From the NCBI RefSeq assembly GCF_001194135.2, contig NC_068984.1, forward strand, positions 71,538,124-71,602,123: a stretch of 64,000 bases of DNA, in the 5' to 3' direction. The DNA is from Octopus bimaculoides (lineage: Eukaryota). The notes under the pieces were generated by a model. The model did no database searches. It had not been told where the DNA came from and saw only the letters and a list, made by a program, of their open reading frames with translations. This document shows positions 54,269-64,000 of this stretch, one piece after another. The translations under genes were made by a program, and so were the position numbers. Within the stretch, counting starts at the first letter, position 1. Each line of letters begins with the position of its first letter.

Positions 54269-54871
54269 AACTACTTTATAACATATAAACTCGTTAACAT
54301 GCTGAGATCCGCTTGGTCATGACTGACCATGAATCCCGTTTTTGGATTTGGTTTGCAAGATTTTTTTATGTGATTTCGTGTGTTGAAGCATATTCTGTTG
54401 TGCNNNNNNNNNNNNNNNNNNNNNNNNNNNNNNNNNNNNNNNNNNNNNNNNNNNNNNNNNNNNNNNNNNNNNNNNNNNNNNNNNNNNNNNNNNNNNNNNN
54501 NNNNNNNNNNNNNNNNNNNNNNNNNNNNNNNNNNNNNNNNNNNNNNNNNNNNNNNNNNNNNNNNNNNNNNNNNNNNNNNNNNNNNNNNNNNNNNNNNNNN
54601 NNNNNNNNNNNNNNNNNNNNNNNNNNNNNNNNNNNNNNNNNNNNNNNNNNNNNNNNNNNNNNNNNNNNNNNNNNNNNNNNNNNNNNNNNNNNNNNNNNNN
54701 NNNNNNNNNNNNNNNNNNNNNNNNNNNNNNNNNNNNNNNNNNNNNNNNNNNNNNNNNNNNNNNNNNNNNNNNNNNNNNNNNNNNNNNNNNNNNNNNNNNN
54801 NNNNNNNNNNNNNNNNNNNNNNNNNNNNNNNNNNNNNNNNNNNNNNNNNNNNNNNNNNNNNNNNNNNNNNN

Positions 54872-55214
54872 TTATCTAAACTAGTTTATGATCTAACACT
54901 GACACGGATTAATCTGAGGCATCATTAGGCATCGTGGTCCAAACAGTTGTCTTTAATAAAACTTAGATTTATTCTTAGTTAAAAGATATACTTTAATAAA
55001 TCCACCGAAAACTAACGCTAAAGGTGAAACAATCGCTAAACATCAGTTTTCCTATTCGTACGTAGACAATAAATACACACATATACATATAACATATAAA
55101 CTCGTTAACATGCTGAGATCCGCTTGGTCATGACTGACCATGAATCCCGTTTTTGGATTTGGTTTGCAAGATTTTTTTATGTGATTTCGTGTGTTGAAGC
55201 ATATTCTGTTGTGC
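54872..55214 (+). repeat. Exact direct copy of 53213-53489 joined to a copy of 54338-54403
   Basis: 277-bp and 66-bp identical blocks; the contig starts at an N gap. Confidence 0.95.
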
Positions 55215-55394
55215 CAGGGGAGAGTCATTTTCTTATCGTGCCTTAAAATTTAACACACTCACCGTTAAAATTCCCACTTATTATTTTTATTTTCCTAAAA
55301 TTTTCGTTGCGTCTTGCAACCTTTTCAATAGTGTTGACTCTGTCCGTTATTCACGTTGCGTTCTATTTTTGCCTAACTTTTTTTACTCTTTGCG

Positions 55395-55875
55395 CATGCG
55401 TGTGTCTCAGTGTGTGTGTATGTATATATGCGTGTATGTGTGCATGTGTGTGTATGTATGTCTGTGTGTGTACATATGTATATATGTTTGTATGTGCGTG
55501 TATGTATATATGCATGTATGTGTGTGTTTGCATGTATGTATGTATGTATTCTGCAGTTGTGTGTGTGTGTGTGTTTTTTATGTATGTGTGTGCGTGTGTG
55601 TATATGTATGCATGTACCTCTGTCTCCTTGTGTGTGCATGTCTGAGTGTGTGTGGTGTGTGCATGTGCTTTGCTGCTATGTACCATGTTTGCATGTATGG
55701 GTGCACATCTTCATATGTGTGGACAAATGTGTATGTATATGTGGTCATGTGTTTCAGTCTCTATTTGCCTATGTGGCTGTCTGTTCATATAGCCTATGTA
55801 CCTACCCATACATACGTACATGTGCACACACACACCCACACACAGACACACACACACACACACTCACAGACATAC
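55395..55875. repeat. Degenerate TG/TA/CA compound microsatellite tract
   Basis: Direct reading; explains the CVCV and HTHT ORFs. Confidence 0.9.
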
Positions 55876-58584
55876 ATACCTTTATCTGTACAATAGCCCA
55901 TCAACTGTTTTACTTTGCCTGTGTAAAATGTAGGTATGGGGGTATGATATCTACGTATATTTCCTGTTTAGTATTGGGGAAGTCTCATTTATGAGGACAC
56001 AACAGACACAACAGACAAAACAGANNNNNNNNNNNNNNNNNNNNNNNNNNNNNNNNNNNNNNNNNNNNNNNNNNNNNNNNNNNNNNNNNNNNNNNNNNNN
56101 NNNNNNNNNNNNNNNNNNNNNNNNNNNNNNNNNNNNNNNNNNNNNNNNNNNNNNNNNNNNNNNNNNNNNNNNNNNNNNNNNNNNNNNNNNNNNNNNNNNN
56201 NNNNNNNNNNNNNNNNNNNNNNNNNNNNNNNNNNNNNNNNNNNNNNNNNNNNNNNNNNNNNNNNNNNNNNNNNNNNNNNNNNNNNNNNNNNNNNNNNNNN
56301 NNNNNNNNNNNNNNNNNNNNNNNNNNNNNNNNNNNNNNNNNATATATATATCATATATATATACAATGACAGATATGCACATACTTATACAGATGCAAAC
56401 ATAAATCGTTATAGAAATATAAATAAAAGGATTATAAGGAATTTTACCCGAAGTTCACTGGATTGTTAAACTCATTAACTTGACACTTTAGGATCTATAA
56501 TAATTTCGTCCTGAAAAATCTTCACCCATACCTATTACTAGTAAAAGCCGTGCTTGATTATGCTCTAGATAATATAGAACTCAAAACTTTTAGCCTACAA
56601 TTCACAATATTTCTCAGTGAGTGACGTAACTTTAGCTTTATCTCTTCTCCGAAAATATGAAAATGTTTATACAACCCGCACCCAAATCTATATCTAGTTG
56701 CACCAATATATGTAAATGTATGATTACTTCGGATATCACATATATAGATGATATTTGTAATGAAATATACATTATAAAGAAGACATGGAATTACATTTCT
56801 ACAATTTCAAGACAAAAGAAATAGAGAGACATGAATATTGCAGGTGTTATTAATAAGAATATTAGTCTATTACTCATATGCAGTTCGAGGAGAGTAACAT
56901 TAATCCTTATATCCATTAGAACAGCTTATATTACATTAGATCCAGGATTAAATGGCGATCAGTGGGTTTGGGAGATAATTATTAATACAAATACGTGAAT
57001 AACAATACGGTTGTTGCATGTAGTTTGACATTATGTTCGAAATATAACGAGGCTCAGAATGGGTTGTCATTATTTCTATAGTCACAAATGCAAATAATGG
57101 AACCAGTAAGAATGCCACCCTATTATTGCATCTGTATGTCAAAGAAGATAGTTAAGGGCCTATAGATGCATGATTCCAATATTTATGTAACATGCTCTAT
57201 ATAAATTTTTCCCTTCTTATAATCTGATGTTGTGAACGGACTATTGATATTTTTGCAAAATTGATATTCATATCCATCAGGTATGAACATTTGCCACTGA
57301 AAGACTCAATACGAAGACGGAGCAAAAGAATATCTATGTTAAGTTGGCGATTGTGGTACGAGCTGCTGCTGATGTATATGTTTTTGCTCTATCATTTTTC
57401 TTATCCCTCAATGAAAAATGCTGATCAATGCTTTATCTTCCATGCAGAATTTCCAGTGATGTCAAACGTCTTACTTTTAATTTATGTCAATCGTTGTTAG
57501 GTATCTGAATTTGGTTTGCGGAATTCATTATTGATTCAGTATTTGCTGTAAACAGTTGTTAAAGATTTCCTATAACATTATTTGTATCTTACAACCGATT
57601 TGTATTTCGGTTGCAGAAATATCTCTTTCTACCTATTTCGTACGAAACATCCAAAAAGAACCAATACATTTGATATAAACTGATGTCTTGCAAATGACAA
57701 ATTATATCCCATTACACAAAGTAAAAAAACAGGTTAAGAAATGCAATTGGGAAATTAAACATAACATTTATAAGTTTTTCCAAATAGCATTAATTGTATT
57801 GTGTGTCTGGGAACTGTCAACAACTGGAAAAGTGTAATATATCTATACAAATATGAATATAATATTTACTAATATTACTATATCTACCCTCCGTTTTTAT
57901 ATTTCAGTCCATGCTCAATTTTCATCTTGTACTTCTATAAGCAAAATTCTGTATGTTCGTCCTGTTCTCTTGCTGTTAAATATAGTTTTAGAGCTATTTG
58001 TTTATTAACATCAGTACATTGACCGAGTACAATGTGCTTTCTATTTTGTTTGTTTTTAATGTAATGAAGTTAATGACACCATATGATTAGAGTTCAATAT
58101 AGTTCAAATACAGTAATAAAAATATACTTCAAGCCGCTAACGTATTTGAAGGTGTAAGATTTCCTATTCGTCACAGATGTGATTCAGAGAATTGCATTAT
58201 TTCGAGGAGTTATTTAGTGTGAAGAAATACTATATACAGGACGTATGGCAGAAAACAGAAACCACAAAGTTGATTTTCTGTTTCGATGCATAGTTGTTTC
58301 ACTTCTGGATTGATTACAGCTGCAGTGATTTAAAAGGATCTTTCTCTTCTTTTCTTTAAATTTGAGATTGTTTTACATTCACAAATATCATCCAAATCAA
58401 ATTGCGAAATAAAATATTTTAGCCAGTGGGGTAGTTTAGGTGAGATTTATTCCGTAGTAAAATTCAGTAGGCAGCAAAATTGTCTTAACTTAACTTAACT
58501 GTTGATGTGTAAAGCGATATTTCTAAGGAATTGCTCAGTAGATACACATATATTTAAGAAAATATATTGCATACAGTTTGTGTC

Positions 58585-58672
<88 letters not shown>

Positions 58673-60439
58673 GTGTGTGCGTGTGTGTGTGCGTGTGTGT
58701 GTGTGTGTTTATATATATATATATATATATACATATATTATAAAAATATGTATATATATATACATACACCTCAACTACGCATACAAACATACATATATGC
58801 GCGTGTGTGTGTGTATATAAGAAATACGATATTTTACTGAACGTTTACTTGCAATTTCCTCATATTTTGTCGTTCGTAATAGTAATCTCCATGAGTAATA
58901 AAACGTTCCGAAGTGGGTTTTTTTTTAATTTTCTAAACTGGAAGGCAGTTAGCTATTAGTACAGAATTATTTTAGAGAATATTTTTCACATCCCCGTGTT
59001 TATTGTTCGAACATCAAATGAAAATAATGATGAACACTGACATTCCCGTAATACACAGATTGTTTTCCTGTTTCAAATTTCAATTTAGCTTACGTGTAGT
59101 TTTAGGCTGCTGCATCTTTGAACCAATCGTCTAATATTACATCGATTCATTTCAAAAGTGTAGCTGTACACCATTCGTAGCTTAGCACACGCCATATAGG
59201 TTATTTTTCATATGCTAGTTGCAATATTAAAAAACTTTCGTAATTTTACACAGAATTTCAAATAGATATTCATTCAAACAATCGCTATGTAAAAACTGTC
59301 ATACTAGACTCTTAGTACATGAAGTGTATAAATTCTTAACACGCAGTGAGAAAGTCGATGCGCCTACTGCTAGTCAAAATGTTCCAAAGAAACTAATGAT
59401 GTTTCCTTTTTTTCTACGGATCTCATACACATACACGCACAAACAGACCTCATACACATACACACACATGTATACATACATATAGACAAATGTACATTTA
59501 TATACATGCATGTGTGCGTGCTGTTTGTGTATGTGTGTGTTAAATACATCTCCTGAGCGAAATCAGAAGTTTTCATTAATATCTCAAGGCCATGCTTATG
59601 AAAAAATAAAGGTGGAGACTCTGACTCAACAATGTCACACTATTTCTTGCTGCTGTAAATTACGTTGTTTGCATTCATTGGCTCGAACCGTGAAATTTAT
59701 AGCGAATATTTCAGATAACACAAGCACACACGCACGCACACATACACGCACACACACACACATTTTGAGAGGGATATATTAGAGAGGTAGGGAGATAGAG
59801 AAGAGAGAGAAAGAAAGAGAAATTTCAATATTAAATGAATCATTTAAATTGTGTAGGAAGTATGGATTTGCACTAGTAAATTATGTTAACTTATTCACAA
59901 TACGTACACATACTTAACTTACTCTTGGTACCTACGTATAACTGAGTATCGCTATGTTTATGAAAGGAATTCGCAGTCAGCACCTGTCTTGAATATATTT
60001 TGTTTCAACTGCAAACACCGTTCCTATTTCTGAATATTGTGGCTGTACTTAAGGTGTTCCCATCAGGGACCACATAATCGAAATATTTCTGCCTCGTGAA
60101 GCAACACTATTTAGAAATTTCATCCTCATAAAGCCACATTTAGGACATTTATCTTATTCACATTTCTCAAAGAAAATTATTCCCTTAAGTTCTCCAAGTG
60201 CAACCAACACCTTCAAATTCATTGTTGGCTCCGTTTGGTTTTGCTATAGGTTACGAAAAATATGAATATTTTGTATAATTTCCTCATCAATACAATAATA
60301 CTTATATATATATAAAATAAAAGTTCTGCGTAGAATATAACCTGTTTGCTTGTTTGAAAGAGGAATTAAAACCCTCCAAAACCACGCATCTCTCACTATA
60401 TGTAAACAAGCACGGAGACTATAGCGAATACATTCCTCC

Positions 60440-61650
60440 GAAACAGTCCTCCCCCTTGTAAGATAGATTTAATAAAATACAGATAAGATCATAGACATCC
60501 TACTATCAATTGATTTCGCTTTGAATTGAACCAATCGAAAGCAAACTTGCCACCGTGGATTTCTTAGAAGTCACGCTCAACTTGGGCACTGGTATATACA
60601 AGCCCTATTACAAATCAAACTAGAGGCTGGCATATATCAATACAGCCTGTTGCCCCTATCCATCGTCTCCAAAAACTTGGTGGTGGATGTTATTAAGAAG
60701 ACCGCGAACCTTTCCTCTAGCCAAGAAGTTATCGACGCAGCATCCCTGTAATATATCGGGGCCCGAGCTGCTAAAGGATTTAAGGAACGCGTCCCCTACA
60801 TGCCGGGCCATAACATCCACAGTAGGAAGCGCCTTGATATATCATTTAGTCCCCACTTCTCCCTCAACATAAAAATGATTGTAGTATATTTCTTTGGCAT
60901 GTAGATAACCACTTTACGCAATCACATAGGTATGGACGCATATTCAATAGACACAACCAAACAGTCTCTTTTAGCTGCGACCCAAATATTAAGAGTATTG
61001 TAGTTAATACTTCTAGACCAGGAGCAGAGGTGAAATGACCATGCCGGGACTTTGGTAGATATTCAGTGGGTGGCCAATGCGAAACCAATGGGGTCATTTA
61101 CAAGGCTGATGATACTGGCATTCCTGCTGTTGCAGCAGCAGGAATGCCAGTATTAATGGCAACGGCACCAACCCCAACAGAAATAGCAGCAGCGCCATCG
61201 CTAAATATAATGGTACTAGTAATAACAATGTTAAAATCACAACAATAGCATCCAACAATATGGTACCGATAACCATTTCAACAGCAACAACGATGGCTAT
61301 AGCGGAACCAACAGCGCCAAGACTATCGCCTATGTTCCCAAAACACATTGAAGCATTGCCTCTTTAACCACAGATCTTCGTATAGGATCCCGAGGAGTCG
61401 ATACGCCACGTTCTTGGCCAGCTATGCGTTGCGTCTGAAGGACGAATGGACTCCACTCGTAATCTCGTGGAAGATTCAAGAAAAACCAGGCTCCCTACAT
61501 CAATGAGAGCAAGCGTTGCAAGCTGTGCGTAGCTGAACGGGTGAAAATATTAAAGAACTCCTTCAACACGGATACACCTTAAATTCTCGGATGGAAATCT
61601 TCAGACCCTGCATACACTTCAGAAGATTACTATTGTAGTTCCGGCAACCA
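60440..61650 (+). mobile_element. Penelope-like element: RT C-terminus, linker and GIY-YIG with low-complexity insert
   Basis: VDFLEVTLNLGTGIYKPY (VNFLDVTLNL..G.YKPY-like), HRYGRIFNRH..SFSCDPNIKSI, GGQCETNGVIYKAD, insert, AYV..NHRSSYR..YATFLASYALRLKDE..ISWKI..KRCKLCVAERVKI..LNSRMEIFRPCIH. Confidence 0.85.
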
Positions 61651-63213
61651 CAAACCGATTACGGATAGCGGTCTAAAGGAGATAATACCTTGCACTTCAC
61701 CCTTCTCCTTAGTCCATGTGTTCATCAACCAGCCATGAGGTTTTTTTTCCTCCACTTTGAAGAGAGGTTATAGGCCACCGGCCATTAGGGTCTGAAAAGA
61801 CGCCATAAAGCTACACGCTTGATGGACGTGAATCCCTAGGTAACTCCATAGACCGGCCATAACTATGTTTATTTAATTATGCTACTGCTACACAGACTAT
61901 TTGCAACACAATGTGACTGTCCTAGAAGTGACGATTGTTACTGTTGTTTAGCCCCAGGAAACATCGTTTTCAGCTGGTCATACGTAACAGTATTTGTTTG
62001 TGTGTGAGTGTGTGAGTGTGTGGGGGTGTAGGGAGTGAGAGAGCACGCAATGACGGGGGAGGGAGACATTTTTTCAAATTATTTTTTCAAATAACATAGT
62101 ACGATAGATAGGTTTTTTTTTTCTACTGAAAATAAGCTAAGCACCTTTACAATTTGTATTCAAAGCCATGGAAAAATAAAACGATGTTATGCTGCTACAA
62201 ACAATTTCTGGAGAAAAACGATATATAAAGTATATTTATAAGAAAAACACATTCGGATAATGCATATACATTTTTGCTTGCATTTTACAACATTTTTAAT
62301 TTTATAAATGATATTATGTTAAAGAATGAAACTTAAGAAGAAAGAGAGATAAAAAAGAAAGAAAATATCCTAAATTTGTAAGCCTGATCAAAAGTTATTC
62401 ACTAAATATTACACGTTAACCTATTGAATAACATAAATAATACTTCTATACAATAGCCACGTAAGTAAGGACAGAAATGTAATGCATTATAAAGACATAC
62501 TGAAAGCATTGTGTATGTTAAGTTATATTCATCACAATGTATCTTGTATAAGAAAAAACGTACATATTCATTTTTTATTACTTGTAATAATGGTTATGTA
62601 CGTAATTTTTATAAACATTAAGACGTATTTAATTCAGAGATATATGTAAAATATTTGAGTGCAAATAACTTGATAATTTTTAAAAATATTATTTTTTAAG
62701 AGTGTTTCAAACTTATACTGAATATCTAAGTGTTTACTTACAAACATAAACACTATCACAACATATATATATATATATATATATATACAAACACACGCAC
62801 AGATGAATATACGCAGATATTGTTATCTATATTGTCTGTCTTCTCTGGGATGTTTTGTGATATAACGCCTGATATGAACACACATCGTCTATCGAGAAAA
62901 TGCTTTCACCTTTGAAGAATATAAAGAATATAAACAGGGAACTGATATTCACGTTCGAATCTACCAGAATGAGCAGATTCGTTATTGTTACGGGTGCACG
63001 CTTTTCTACATGCATGCGTGAATTATATGAATTCATCTCTCAACTAGTAAAAATATAATAAACGAAATTTACTACTGATTGCATTTTGCATGAGCAATGT
63101 CAGTGCTGTTCTTCCTTATTCACGCGTGAGGAGCAATGATCATCATGATCATCATCATCATCATCATCATCGTCATCATCTTTGTACATGTATATAAACC
63201 TGTGTCTATATGC

Positions 63214-63331
<118 letters not shown>

Positions 63332-63431
63332 GCATATATATATATAATAATAATAATAATTATTATTATTATTATTGTTCTTCTTATCATCATTATCATC
63401 ATCATCATCACCATCATTATTATTATTATTG

Positions 63432-63896
63432 AGTGAGAGAGCAGTGCATGCCATCAAAGTGACACTGGGGTAACATATACAAAGCCCATTATACCCATCA
63501 TGACTACCCGTCGGATAAGGGTACACCAGGCACATGCATCACAGCCATATGTGCGTTACATGGTGATCTCATATCAAGATAAACAGCCACTTGAACTCGC
63601 AAGTGGGGCCTAGTTAGAATTTTTTTCAGGTCGAGGAGCACATCCCTCTCAATAGATCCCTGAATAAGGTTTGTTTAAGGGTCTTGAGCAAAACGCCCAT
63701 GTTTCGAACGGTAAATTATTCAAACCCCAAATAACTCCTCTCAACGCATGGCTATGATGCTCCCCCACTACTTCTGCTCATTATCAGAGATGCACATATC
63801 GTCAGCCACCAGGGGACATGCTCAACTGGTTAAGGTCAAACAACTGACATGCAAATCTGTGGTATTGAGCAGAATATTTGCTGTAGCCCATCTTTT
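63432..63896. mobile_element. Interspersed repeat embedded between (TTA/ATC)n microsatellites
   Basis: GC-richer 465-bp block with sharp edges against TTA tracts (about 63344-63430 and 63897-63962); resembles, from memory, a common octopus repeat; family not established. Confidence 0.5.
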
Positions 63897-63897
63897 A

Positions 63898-63963
<66 letters not shown>

Positions 63964-64000
63964 GGAGGAATTTCAACCATGTTTCGTGGTCTGCTACCAC

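Noticed and set aside
55307-55994. Several 110-194 aa Cys/Val/His-rich ORFs
   Set aside because: Translations of a degenerate TG/CA microsatellite tract.

Overview
AT-rich eukaryotic scaffold with many N gaps and dense microsatellites. The SINE, mariner and Penelope repeats resemble, from memory rather than a search, those of coleoid cephalopods (octopus-like). No host protein-coding gene, rRNA or CRISPR array can be supported. Almost all ORF-track entries come from microsatellites, N gaps or decayed transposons. The window is a graveyard of mobile elements: four Penelope-like fragments, a Helitron 3' end, two mariner transposase remnants plus a mariner MITE, a full-length hAT element with TIRs and an 8-bp TSD, a Ty3/gypsy pol remnant, a probable piggyBac, several LINE 3' ends and tRNA-derived SINEs. 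The most interesting signals are structural. (1) Three local fold-back (inverted) duplications lie at 12.4-13.1, 39.8-42.9 and 52.4-54.0 kb. The last one is fused to a SINE, bracketed by a 61-bp target duplication, and followed across a gap by an apparent empty-site version. (2) A 311-bp tandem unit is built around a tRNA-Thr(CGT)-like Pol III gene. (3) Two Penelope copies have the halves of the GIY-YIG motif separated by a long Ser/Asn/Gly-rich insert. All family assignments rest on manually recognised motifs, with no database search.
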